A DNA stretch of 64,000 bases from the human T2T-CHM13v2.0 reference genome, Homo sapiens. The translations under genes and the position numbers were made by a program. Under the pieces are notes generated by a model. That model was not told the origin of the DNA, ran no database searches, and saw only the letters and a program-made list of their open reading frames with translations. This document shows positions 36,101 to 50,000 of the stretch, piece by piece; the stretch's first letter is position 1; each line of letters opens with the position of its first letter. The stretch lies in NCBI RefSeq assembly GCF_009914755.1, contig NC_060943.1; one strand, written 5' to 3'.

Positions 36101-39100
36101 CTGCTAGAAAGAAGAATTCTCAGTAACTTCCTTGTGTTGTGTGTATTCAACTCACGGAGTTGAACGATCCTTTACACAGAGCAGACTTGAAACACTCCTT
36201 TTGTGGAATTTGCAAGTGGAGATTTCAGCCGCTTTGAGGTCAATGGTAGAATAGGAAATATCTTCCTATAGAAAGTAGACAGAATGATTCTCAGAAACTC
36301 CTTTGTGATGTGTGCGTTCAACTCACAGAGTTTAACCTTTCTTTTCATAGAGCTGTTAGGAAACACTCTGTTTGTAAAGTCTGCAAGTGGATATTCAGAC
36401 CTCCTTGAGGCCTTCGTTGGAAACGGGATTTCTTCATATTATGCTAGACAGAAGAATTCTCAGTAACTTCCTTGTGTTGTGTGTATTCAACTCACAGAGT
36501 TGAACGATCCTTTACACAGAGCAGACTTGAAACACTCTTTTTGTGGAATTTGCAAGTGGAGATTTCAGCCGCTTTGAGGTCAATGGTAGAATAGGAAATA
36601 TCTTCCTATAGAAACTAGACAGAATGATTCTCAGAAACTCCTTTGTGATGTGTGCGTTCAACTCACAGAGTTCAACCTTTCTTTTCATAGAGCAGTTGGG
36701 AAACACTCAGTAAAGTCTGCAAGTGGATATTCAGACTTCTTTGAGGCCTTCGTTGGAAGCGGGATTTCTTCATATTCTGCTAGACAGAAGAATTCTCAGT
36801 AACTGCCTTGTGTTGTGTGTATTCAACTCACAGAGTTGAACGATCGTTTACACAGAGCAGACTTGAAACACTCTTTTTGTGGAATTTGCAAGTGGAGATT
36901 TCAGCCGCTTTGAGGTCAATGGTAGAATAGGAAATATCTTCCTATAGAAACTAGACAGAATGATTCTCAGAAACTCCTTTGTGATGTGTGCGTTCAACTC
37001 ACAGAGTTTACCCTTTCTTTTCATAGAGCAGTTAGGAAACACTCTGTTTGTAAAGTCTGCAAGTGGATATTCAGACATCCTTGAGGCTTTCGTTGGAAAC
37101 GGGATTTCTTCATATTCTGCCAGAAAGAAGAATTCTCAGTAACTTCCTTGTGTTGTGTGTATTCAACTCACAGAGTTGAACGATCCTTTACACAGAGCAG
37201 ACTTGAAACACTCTTTTTGTGGAATTTGCAAGTGGAGATTTCAGCCGCTTTGAGGTCAATGGTAGAATAGGAAATATCTTCCTATAGAAACTAGACAGAA
37301 TGATTCTCAGAAACTCCTTTGTGATGTGTGCGTTCAACTCACAGAGTTTAACCTTTCTTTTCATAGAGCAGTTAGGAAACACTCTGTTTGTACAGTCTGC
37401 AAGTGGATATTCAGACATCCTTGAGGCTTTCGTTGGAAACGGGATTTCTTCATATTCTGCTAGAAAGAAGAATTCTCAGTAACTTCCTTGTGTTGTGTGT
37501 ATTCAACTCACAGAGTTGAACGATCCTTTACACAGAGCAGACTTGAAACACTCTTTTTGTGGAATTTGCAAGTGGAGATTTCAGCCGCTGTGAGGTCAAT
37601 GGTAGAATAGGAAATATCTTCCTATAGAAACTAGACAGAATGATTCTCAGAAACTCCTTTGTGATGTGTGCGTTCAACTCACAGAGTTCAACCTTTCTTT
37701 TCATAGAGCAGTTGGGAAACACTCTGTTTGTAAAGTCTGCAAGTGGATATTCAGACATCCTTGAGGCTTTCGTTGGAAACGGGATTTCTTCATATTCTGC
37801 TAGAAAGAAGAATTCTCAGTAACTTCCTGGTGTTGTGTGTATTCAACTCACAGAGTTGAACGATCCTTTACACAGAGCAGACTTGAAACACTCTTTTTGT
37901 GGAATTTGCAAGTGGAGATTTCAGCCGCTTTGAGTTCAATGGTAGAATAGGAAATATCTTCCTATAGAAACTAGACGGAATGATTCTCAGAAACTCCTTT
38001 GTGATGTGTGCGTTCAACTCACAGAGTTCAACCTTTCTTTTCATAGAGCAGTTGGGAAACACTCTGTTTGTAAAGTCTGCAAGTGGATATTCAGACTTCT
38101 TTGAGGCCTTCGTTGGAAGCGGGATTTCTTCATGTTCTGCTAGACAGAAGAATTCTCAGAAACTTCCTTGTGTTGTGTGTTTTCAACTCACAGAGTTGAG
38201 CGATCCTTTACACAGAGCAGACTTGAAACACTCCTTTTGTGGAATTTGCAAGTGGAGATTTCAGCCGCTTTGAGGTCAATGGTAGAATAGGAAATATCTT
38301 CCTATAGAAAGTAGACAGAATGATTCTCAGAAACTCCTTTGTGATGTGTGCGTTCAACTCACAGAGTTTAACCTTTCTTTTCATAGAGCAGTTAGGAAAC
38401 ACTCTGTTTGTAAAGTCTGCAAGTGGATATTCAGACCTCCTTGAGGCCTTCGTTGGAAACGGGATTTCTTCATATTATGCTAGACAGAAGAATTCTCAGT
38501 AACTTCCTTGTGTTGTGTGTATTCAACTCACAGAGTTGAACGATCCTTTACACAGAGCAGACTTGAAACACTCTTTTTGTGGAATTTGCAAGTGGAGATT
38601 TCAGCCGCTTTGAGGTCAATGGTAGAATAGGAAATATCTTCCTATAGAAACTAGACATAATGATTCTCAGAAACTCCTTTGTGATGTGTGCGTTCAACTC
38701 ACAGAGTTTAACCTTTCTTTTCATAGAGCAGTTAGGAAACACTCTGTTTGTACAGTCTGCAAGTGGATATTCAGACATCCTTGAGGCTTTCGTTGGAAAC
38801 GGGATTTCTTCATATTCTGCTAGAAAGAAGAATTCTCAGTAACTTCCTTGTGTTGTGTGTATTCAACTCACAGAGTTGAACGATCCTTTACACAGAGCAG
38901 ACTTGAAACACTCTTTTTGTGGAATTTGCAAGTGGAGATTTCAGCCGCTGTGAGGTCAATGGTAGAATAGGAAATATCTTCCTATAGAAACTAGACAGAA
39001 TGATTCTCAGAAACTCCTTTGTGATGTGTGCGTTCAACTCACAGAGTTCAACCTTTCTTTTCATAGAGCAGTTGGGAAACACTCTGTTTGTAAAGTCTGC

Positions 39101-42100
39101 AAGTGGATATTCAGACATCCTTGAGGCTTTCGTTGGAAACGGGATTTCTTCATATTCTGCTAGAAAGAAGAATTCTCAGTAACTTCCTGGTGTTGTGTGT
39201 ATTCAACTCACAGAGTTGAACGATCCTTTACACAGAGCAGACTTGAAACACTCTTTTTGTGGAATTTGCAAGTGGAGATTTCAGCCGCTTTGAGTTCAAT
39301 GGTAGAATAGGAAATATCTTCCTATAGAAACTAGACGGAATGATTCTCAGAAACTCCTTTGTGATGTGTGCGTTCAACTCACAGAGTTCAACCTTTCTTT
39401 TCATAGAGCAGTTGGGAAACACTCTGTTTGTAAAGTCTGCAAGTGGATATTCAGACTTCTTTGAGGCCTTCGTTGGAAGCGGGATTTCTTCATGTTCTGC
39501 TAGACAGAAGAATTCTCAGAAACTTCCTTGTGTTGTGTGTTTTCAACTCACAGAGTTGAGCGATCCTTTACACAGAGCAGACTTGAAACACTCCTTTTGT
39601 GGAATTTGCAAGTGGAGATTTCAGCCGCTTTGAGGTCAATGGTAGAATAGGAAATATCTTCCTATAGAAAGTAGACAGAATGATTCTCAGAAACTCCTTT
39701 GTGATGTGTGCGTTCAACTCACAGAGTTTAACCTTTCTTTTCATAGAGCAGTTAGGAAACACTCTGTTTGTAAAGTCTGCAAGTGGATATTCAGACCTCC
39801 TTGAGGCCTTCGTTGGAAACGGGATTTCTTCATATTATGCTAGACAGAAGAATTCTCAGTAACTTCCTTGTGTTGTGTGTATTCAACTCACAGAATTGAA
39901 CGATCCTTTACACAGAGCAGACTTGAAACACTCTTTTTGTGGAATTTGCAAGTGGAGATTTCAGCCGCTTTGAGGTCAATGGTAGAATAGGAAATATCTT
40001 CCTATAGAAACTAGACAGAATGATTCTCAGAAACTCCTTTGTGATGTGTGCGTTCAACTCACAGAGTTTAACCTTTCTTTTCATAGAGCAGTTAGGAAAC
40101 ACTCTGTTTGTAAAGTCTGCAAGTGGATATTCAGACATCCTTGAGGCTTTCGTTGGAAACGGGATTTCTTCATATTCTGCTAGAAAGAAGAATTCTCAGT
40201 AACTTCCTTGTGTTGTGTGTATTCAACTCACGGAGTTGAACGATCCTTTACACAGAGCAGACTTGAAACACTCCTTTTGTGGAATTTGCAAGTGGAGATT
40301 TCAGCCGCTTTGAGGTCAATGGTAGAATAGGAAATATCTTCCTATAGAAAGTAGACAGAATGATTCTCAGAAACTCCTTTGTGATGTGTGCGTTCAACTC
40401 ACAGAGTTTAACCTTTCTTTTCATAGAGCTGTTAGGAAACACTCTGTTTGTAAAGTCTGCAAGTGGATATTCAGACCTCCTTGAGGCCTTCGTTGGAAAC
40501 GGGATTTCTTCATATTATGCTAGACAGAAGAATTCTCAGTAACTTCCTTGTGTTGTGTGTATTCAACTCACAGAGTTGAACGATCCTTTACACAGAGCAG
40601 ACTTGAAACACTCTTTTTGTGGAATTTGCAAGTGGAGATTTCAGCCGCTTTGAGTTCAATGGTAGAATAGGAAATATCTTCCTATAGAAACTAGACAGAA
40701 TGATTCTCAGAAACTCCTTTGTGATGCGTGCGTTCAACTCACAGAGTTCAACCTTTCTTTTCATAGAGCAGTTGGGAAACACTCTGTTTGTAAAGTCTGC
40801 AAGTGGATATTCAGACTTCTTTGAGGCCTTCGTTGGAAGCGGGATTTCTTCATATTCTGCTAGACAGAAGAATTCTCAGTAACTTCCTTGTGTTGTGTGT
40901 ATTCAACTCACAGAGTTGAACGATCCTTTACACAGAGCAGACTTGAAACACTCTTTTTGTGGAATTTGCAAGTGGAGATTTCAGCCGCTTTGAGGTCAAT
41001 GGTAGAATAGGAAATATCTTCCTATAGAAACTAGACAGAATGATTCTCAGAAACTCCTTTGTGATGTGTGCGTTCAACTCACAGAGTTTAACCTTTCTTT
41101 TCATAGAGCAGTTAGGAAACACTCTGTTTGTAAAGTCTGCAAGTGGATATTCAGACATCCTTGAGGCTTTCGTTGGAAACGGGATTTCTTCATATTCTGC
41201 TAGAAAGAAGAATTCTCAGTAACTTCCTTGTCTTGTGTGTATTCAACTCACAGAGTTGAACGATCCTTTACACAGAGCAGACTTGAAACACTCCTTTTGT
41301 GGAATTTGCAAGTGGAGATTTCAGCCGCTTTGAGGTCAATGGTAGAATAGGAAATATCTTCCTATAGAAACTAGACAGAATGATTCTCAGAAACTCCTTT
41401 GTGATGTGTGCGTTCAACTCACAGAGTTTAACCTTTCTTTTCATAGAGCAGTTGGGAAACACTGTTTGTAAAGTCTGCAAGTGGATATTCAGACATCCTT
41501 GAGGCTTTCGTTGGAAACGGGATTTCTTCATATTCTGCTAGAAAGAAGAATTCTCAGTAACTTCCTTGTGTTGTGTGTATTCAACTCACAGAGTTGCACG
41601 ATCCTTTACACAGAGCAGACTTGAAACACTCTTTTTGTGGAATTTGCAAGTGGAGATTTCAGCCGCTTTGAGGTCAATGGTAGAATAGGAAATATCTTCC
41701 TATAGAAACTAGACAGAATGATTCTCAGAAACTCCTTTGTGATGTGTGCGTTCAACTCACAGAGTTCAACCTTTCTTTTCATAGAGCAGTTGGGAAACAC
41801 TCTGTAAAGTCTGCAAGTGGATATTCAGACTTCTTTGAGGCCTTCGTTGGAAGCGGGATTTCTTCATATTCTGCTAGACAGAAGAATTCTCAGTAACTGC
41901 CTTGTGTTGTGTGTATTCAACTCACAGAGTTGAACGATCGTTTACACAGAGCAGACTTGAAACACTCTTTTTGTGGAATTTGCAAGTGGAGATTTCAGCC
42001 GCTTTGAGGTCAATGGTAGAATAGGAAATATCTTCCTATAGAAACTAGACAGAATGATTCTCAGAAACTCCTTTGTGATGTGTGCGTTCAACTCACAGAG

Positions 42101-44000
42101 TTTACCCTTTCTTTTCATAGAGCAGTTAGGAAACACTCTGTTTGTAAAGTCTGCAAGTGGATATTCAGACATCCTTGAGGCTTTCGTTGGAAACGGGATT
42201 TCTTCATATTCTGCCAGAAAGAAGAATTCTCAGTAACTTCCTTGTGTTGTGTGTATTCAACTCACAGAGTTGAACGATCCTTTACACAGAGCAGACTTGA
42301 AACACTCTTTTTGTGGAATTTGCAAGTGGAGATTTCAGCCGCTTTGAGGTCAATGGTAGAATAGGAAATATCTTCCTATAGAAACTAGACAGAATGATTC
42401 TCAGAAACTCCTTTGTGATGTGTGCGTTCAACTCACAGAGTTTAACCTTTCTTTTCATAGAGCAGTTAGGAAACACTCTGTTTGTACAGTCTGCAAGTGG
42501 ATATTCAGACATCCTTGAGGCTTTCGTTGGAAACGGGATTTCTTCATATTCTGCTAGAAAGAAGAATTCTCAGTAACTTCCTTGTGTTGTGTGTATTCAA
42601 CTCACAGAGTTGAACGATCCTTTACACAGAGCAGACTTGAAACACTCTTTTTGTGGAATTTGCAAGTGGAGATTTCAGCCGCTGTGAGGTCAATGGTAGA
42701 ATAGGAAATATCTTCCTATAGAAACTAGACAGAATGATTCTCAGAAACTCCTTTGTGATGTGTGCGTTCAACTCACAGAGTTCAACCTTTCTTTTCATAG
42801 AGCAGTTGGGAAACACTCTGTTTGTAAAGTCTGCAAGTGGATATTCAGACATCCTTGAGGCTTTCGTTGGAAACGGGATTTCTTCATATTCTGCTAGAAA
42901 GAAGAATTCTCAGTAACTTCCTGGTGTTGTGTGTATTCAACTCACAGAGTTGAACGATCCTTTACACAGAGCAGACTTGAAACACTCTTTTTGTGGAATT
43001 TGCAAGTGGAGATTTCAGCCGCTTTGAGTTCAATGGTAGAATAGGAAATATCTTCCTATAGAAACTAGACGGAATGATTCTCAGAAACTCCTTTGTGATG
43101 TGTGCGTTCAACTCACAGAGTTCAACCTTTCTTTTCATAGAGCAGTTGGGAAACACTCTGTTTGTAAAGTCTGCAAGTGGATATTCAGACTTCTTTGAGG
43201 CCTTCGTTGGAAGCGGGATTTCTTCATGTTCTGCTAGACAGAAGAATTCTCAGAAACTTCCTTGTGTTGTGTGTTTTCAACTCACAGAGTTGAACGATCC
43301 TTTACACAGAGCAGACTTGAAACACTCCTTTTGTGGAATTTGCAAGTGGAGATTTCAGCCGCTTTGAGGTCAATGGTAGAATAGGAAATATCTTCCTATA
43401 GAAAGTAGACAGAATGATTCTCAGAAACTCCTTTGTGATGTGTGCGTTCAACTCACAGAGTTTAACCTTTCTTTTCATAGAGCAGTTAGGAAACACTCTG
43501 TTTGTAAAGTCTGCAAGTGGATATTCAGACCTCCTTGAGGCCTTCGTTGGAAACGGGATTTCTTCATATTATGCTAGACAGAAGAATTCTCAGTAACTTC
43601 CTTGTGTTGTGTGTATTCAACTCACAGAATTGAACGATCCTTTACACAGAGCAGACTTGAAACACTCTTTTTGTGGAATTTGCAAGTGGAGATTTCAGCC
43701 GCTTTGAGGTCAATGGTAGAATAGGAAATATCTTCCTATAGAAACTAGACAGAATGATTCTCAGAAACTCCTTTGTGATGTGTGCGTTCAACTCACAGAG
43801 TTTAACCTTTCTTTTCATAGAGCAGTTAGGAAACACTCTGTTTGTAAAGTCTGCAAGTGGATATTCAGACATCCTTGAGGCTTTCGTTGGAAACGGGATT
43901 TCTTCATATTCTGCTAGAAAGAAGAATTCTCAGTAACTTCCTTGTGTTGTGTGTATTCAACTCACGGAGTTGAACGATCCTTTACACAGAGCAGACTTGA
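33114..44000 (+). repeat. Mosaic block of 4074-, 1360- and 3734-bp units built from parts of the 2034-bp and 3056-bp units
   Basis: GTACAG-marked dimers start at 33226, 37300, 38660 and 42394. The new marker TCCTGGTG occurs in all four units. The segment 33114-36170 recurs at +5434. Confidence 0.8.
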
Positions 44001-47000
44001 AACACTCCTTTTGTGGAATTTGCAAGTGGAGATTTCAGCCGCTTTGAGGTCAATGGTAGAATAGGAAATATCTTCCTATAGAAACTAGACAGAATGATTC
44101 TCAGAAACTCCTTTGTGATGTGTGTGTTCAACTCACAGAGTTTAACCTTTCTTTTCATAGAGCAGTTAGGAAACACTCTGATTGTAAAGTCTGCAAGTGG
44201 ATATTCAGACCTCCTTGAGGCCTTCGTTGGAAACGGGATTTCTTCATATTATGCTAGACAGAAGAATTCTCAGTAACTTCCTTGTGTTGTGTGTATTCAA
44301 CTCACAGAGTTGAACGATCCTTTACACAGAGCAGACTTGAAACACTCTTTTTGTGGAATTTGCAAGTGGAGATTTCAGCCGCTTTGAGTTCAATGGTAGA
44401 ATAGGAAATATCTTCCTATAGAAACTAGACAGAATGATTCTCAGAAACTCCTTTGTGATGTGTGCGTTCAACTCACAGAGTTCAACCTTTCTTTTCATAG
44501 AGCAGTTGGGAAACACTCTGTTTGTAAAGTCTGCAAGTGGATATTCAGACTTCTTTGACGCCTTCGTTGGAAGCGGGATTTCTTCATATTCTGCTAGACA
44601 GAAGAATTCTCAGTAACTGCCTTGTGTTGTGTGTATTCAACTCACAGAGTTGAACGATCCTTTACACAGAGCAGACCTGAAACACTCTTTTTGTGGAATT
44701 TGCAAGTGGAGATTTCAGCCGCTTTGAGGTCAATGGTAGAATAGGAAATATCTTCCTATAGAAACTAGACAGAATGATTCTCAGAAACTCCTTTGTGATG
44801 TGTGCGTTCAACTCACAGAGTTTACCCTTTCTTTTCATAGAGCAGTTAGGAAACACTCTGTTTGTAAAGTCTGCAAGTGGATATTCAGACATCCTTGAGG
44901 CTTTCGTTGGAAACGGGATTTCTTCATATTCTGCCAGAAAGAAGAATTCTCAGTAACTTCCTTGTGTTGTGTGTATTCAACTCACAGAGTTGAACGATCC
45001 TTTACAAAGAGCAGACTTGAAACACTCTTTTTGTAGAATTTGCAAGTGGAGATTTCAGCCGCTTTGAGGTCAATGGTAGAATAGGAAATATCTTCCTATA
45101 GAAACTAGACAGAATGATTCTCAGAAACTCCTTTGTGATGTGTGCGTTCAACTCACAGAGTTCAACCTTTCTTTTCATAGAGCAGTTGGGAAACACTCTG
45201 TTTGTAAAGTCTGCAAGTGGATATTCAGACTTCTTTGAGGCCTTCGTTGGAAGCGGGATTTCTTCATATTCTGCTAGACAGAAGAATTCTCAGTAACTGC
45301 CTTGTGTTGTGTGTATTCAACTCACAGAGTTGAACGATCCTTTACACAGAGCAGACTTGAAATACTCTTTTTGTGGAATTTGCAAGTGGAGATTTCAGCC
45401 GCTTTGAGGTCAATGGTAGAATAGGAAATATCTTCCTATAGAAACTAGACAGAATGATTCTCAGAAACTCCTTTGTGATGTGTGCGTTCAACTCACAGAG
45501 TTTAACCTTTCTTTTCATAGAGCAGTTAGGAAACACTCTGTTTGTAAAGTCTGCAAGTGGATATTCAGACCTCCTTGAGGCCTTCGTTGGAAACGGGATT
45601 TCTTCATATTATGCTAGACAGAAGAATTCTCAGTAACTTCCTTGTGTTGTGTGTATTCAACTCACAGAGTTGAACGATCCTTTACACAGAGCAGACTTGA
45701 AACACTCTTTTTGTGGAATTTGCAAGTGGAGATTTCAGCCGCTTTGAGGTCAATGGTAGAATAGGAAATATCTTCCTATAGAAACTAGACAGAATGATTC
45801 TCAGAAACTCCTTTGTGATGTGTGCGTTCAACTCACAGAGTTCAACCTTTCTTTTCATAGAGCAGTTGGGAAACACTCTGTTTGTAAAGTCTGCAAGTGG
45901 ATATTCAGACTTCTTTGAGGCCTTCGTTGGAAGCGGGATTTCTTCATGTTCTGCTAGACAGAAGAATTCTCAGAAACTTCCTTGTGTTGTGTGTTTTCAA
46001 CTCACAGAGTTGAACGATCCTTTACACAGAGCAGACTTGAAACACTCCTTTTGTGGAATTTGCAAGTGGAGATTTCAGCCGCTTTGAGGTCAATGGTAGA
46101 ATAGGAAATATCTTCCTATAGAAAGTAGACAGAATGATTCTCAGAAACTCCTTTGTGATGTGTGCGTTCAACTCACAGAGTTTAACCTTTCTTTTCATAG
46201 AGCAGTTAGGAAACACTCTGTTTGTAAAGTCTGCAAGTGGATATTCAGACCTCCTTGAGGCCTTCGTTGGAAACGGGATTTCTTCATATTATGCTAGACA
46301 GAAGAATTCTCAGTAACTTCCTTGTGTTGTGTGTATTCAACTCACAGAGTTGAACGATCCTTTACACAGAGCAGACTTGAAACACTCTTTTTGTGGAATT
46401 TGCAAGTGGAGATTTCAGCCGCTTTGAGGTCAATGGTAGAATAGGAAATATCTTCCTATAGAAACTAGACAGAATGATTCTCAGAAACTCCTTTGTGATG
46501 TGTGCGTTCAACTCACAGAGTTTAACCTTTCTTTTCATAGAGCAGTTAGGAAACACTCTGATTGTAAAGTCTGCAAGTGGATATTCAGACCTCCTTGAGG
46601 CCTTCGTTGGAAACGGGATTTCTTCATATTATGCTAGAGAGAAGAATTCTCAGTAACTTCCTTGTGTTGTGTGTATTCAACTCACAGAGTTGAACGATCC
46701 TTTACACAGAGCAGACTTGAAACACTCTTTTTGTGGAATTTGCAAGTGGAGATTTCAGCCGCTTTGAGTTCAATGGTAGAATAGGAAATATCTTCCTATA
46801 GAAACTAGACAGAATGATTCTCAGAAACTCCTTTGTGATGTGTGCGTTCAACTCACAGAGTTCAACCTTTCTTTTCATAGAGCAGTTGGGAAACACTCTG
46901 TTTGTAAAGTCTGCAAGTGGATATTCAGACTTCTTTGAGGCCTTCGTTGGAAGCGGGATTTCTTCATATTCTGCTAGACAGAAGAATTCTCAGTAACTGC

Positions 47001-50000
47001 CTTGTGTTGTGTGTATTCAACTCACAGAGTTGAACGATCCTTATACAGAGCAGACCTGAAACACTCTTTTTGTGGAATTTGCAAGTGGAGATTTCAGCCG
47101 CTTTGAGGTCAATGGTAGAATAGGAAATATCTTCCTATAGAAACTAGACAGAATGATTCTCAGAAACTCCTTTGTGATGTGTGCGTTCAACTCACAGAGT
47201 TCAACCTTTCTTTTCATAGAGCAGTTGGGAAACACTCTGTTTGTAAAGTCTGCAAGTGGATATTCAGACTTCTTTGAGGCCTTCGTTGGAAGCGGGATTT
47301 CTTCATATTCTGCTAGACAGAAGAATTCTCAGTAACTGCCTTGTGTTGTGTGTATTCAACTCACAGAGTTGAACGATCCTTTACACAGAGCAGACTTGAA
47401 ATACTCTTTTTGTGGAATTTGCAAGTGGAGATTTCAGCCGCTTTGAGGTCAATGGTAGAATAGGAAATATCTTCCTATAGAAACTAGACAGAATGATTCT
47501 CAGAAACTCCTTTGTGATGTGTGCGTTCAACTCACAGAGTTTAACCTTTCTTTTCATAGAGCAGTTAGGAAACACTCTGTTTGTAAAGTCTGCAAGTGGA
47601 TATTCAGACCTCCTTGAGGCCTTCGTTGGAAACGGGATTTCTTCATATTATGCTAGACAGAAGAATTCTCAGTAACTTCCTTGTGTTGTGTGTATTCAAC
47701 TCACAGAGTTGAACGATCCTTTACACAGAGCAGACTTGAAACACTCTTTTTGTGGAATTTGCAAGTGGAGATTTCAGCCGCTTTGAGTTCAATGGTAGAA
47801 TAGGAAATATCTTCCTATAGAAACTAGACAGAATGATTCTCAGAAACTCCTTTGTGATGTGTGCGTTCAACTCACAGAGTTCAACCTTTCTTTTCATAGA
47901 GCAGTTGGGAAACACTCTGTTTGTAAAGTCTGCAAGTGGATATTCAGACTTCTTTGAGGCCTTCGTTGGAAGCGGGATTTCTTCATGTTCTGCTAGACAG
48001 AAGAATTCTCAGAAACTTCCTTGTGTTGTGTGTTTTCAACTCACAGAGTTGAACGATCCTTTACACAGAGCAGACTTGAAACACTCCTTTTGTGGAATTT
48101 GCAAGTGGAGATTTCAGCCGCTTTGAGGTCAATGGTAGAATAGGAAATATCTTCCTATAGAAAGTAGACAGAATGATTCTCAGAAACTCCTTTGTGATGT
48201 GTGCGTTCGACTCACAGAGTTTAACCTTTCTTTTCATAGAGCAGTTAGGAAACACTCTGTTTGTAAAGTCTGCAAGTGGATATTCAGACCTCCTTGAGGC
48301 CTTCGTTGGAAACGGGATTTCTTCATATTATGCTAGACAGAAGAATTCTCAGTAACTTCCTTGTGTTGTGTGTATTCAACTCACAGAGTTGAACGATCCT
48401 TTACACAGAGCAGACTTGAAACACTCTTTTTGTGGAATTTGCAAGTGGAGATTTCAGCCGCTTTGAGGTCAATGGTAGAATAGGAAATATCTTCCTATAG
48501 AAACTAGACAGAATGATTCTCAGAAACTCCTTTGTGATGTGTGCGTTCAACTCACAGAGTTTAACCTTTCTTTTCATAGAGCAGTTAGGAAACACTCTGA
48601 TTGTAAAGTCTGCAAGTGGATATTCAGACCTCCTTGAGGCCTTCGTTGGAAACGGGATTTCTTCATATTATGCTAGACAGAAGAATTCTCAGTAACTTCC
48701 TTGTGTTGTCTGTATTCAACTCACAGAGTTGAACGATCCTTTACACAGAGCAGACTTGAAACACTCTTTTTGTGGAATTTGCAAGTGGAGATTTCAGCCG
48801 CTTTGAGTTCAATGGTAGAATAGGAAATATCTTCCTATAGAAACTAGACAGAATGATTCTCAGAAACTCCTTTGTGATGTGTGCGTTCAACTCACAGAGT
48901 TCAACCTTTCTTTTCATAGAGCAGTTGGGAAACACTCTGTTTGTAAAGTCTGCAAGTGGATATTCAGACTTCTTTGAGGCCTTCGTTGGAAGCGGGATTT
49001 CTTCATATTCTGCTAGACAGAAGAATTCTCAGTAACTGCCTTGTGTTGTGTGTATTCAACTCACAGAGTTGAACGATCCTTTACACAGAGCAGACCTGAA
49101 ACACTCTTTTTGTGGAATTTGCAAGTGGAGATTTCAGCCGCTTTGAGGTCAATGGTAGAATAGGAAATATCTTCCTATAGAAACTAGACAGAATGATTCT
49201 CAGAAACTCCTTTGTGATGTGTGCGTTCAACTCACAGAGTTTACCCTTTCTTTTCATAGAGCAGTTAGGAAACACTCTGTTTGTAAAGTCTGCAAGTGGA
49301 TATTCAGACATCCTTGAGGCTTTCGTTGGAAACGGGATTTCTTCATATTCTGCCAGAAAGAAGAATTCTCAGTAACTTCCTTGTGTTGTGTGTATTCAAC
49401 TCACAGAGTTGAACGATCCTTTACACAGAGCAGACTTGAAACACTCTTTTTGTAGAATTTGCAAGTGGAGATTTCAGCCGCTTTGAGGTCAATGGTAGAA
49501 TAGGAAATATCTTCCTATAGAAACTAGACAGAATGATTCTCAGAAACTCCTTTGTGATGTGTGCGTTCAACTCACAGAGTTTAACCTTTCTTTTCATAGA
49601 GCAGTTAGGAAACACTCTGTTTGTAAAGTCTGCAAGTGGATATTCAGACCTCCTTGAGGCCTTCGTTGGAAACGGGATTTCTTCATATTATGCTAGACAG
49701 AAGAATTCTCAGTAACTTCCTTGTGTTGTGTGTATTCAACTCACAGAGTTGAACGATGCTTTACACAGAGCAGACTTGAAACACTCTTTTTGTGGAATTT
49801 GCAAGTGGAGATTTCAGCCGCTTTGAGGTCAATGGTAGAATAGGAAATATCTTCCTATAGAAACTAGACAGAATGATTCTCAGAAACTCCTTTGTGATGT
49901 GTGCGTTCAACTCACAGAGTTCAACCTTTCTTTTCATAGAGCAGTTGGGAAACACTCTGTTTGTAAAGTCTGCAAGTGGATATTCAGACTTCTTTGAGGC

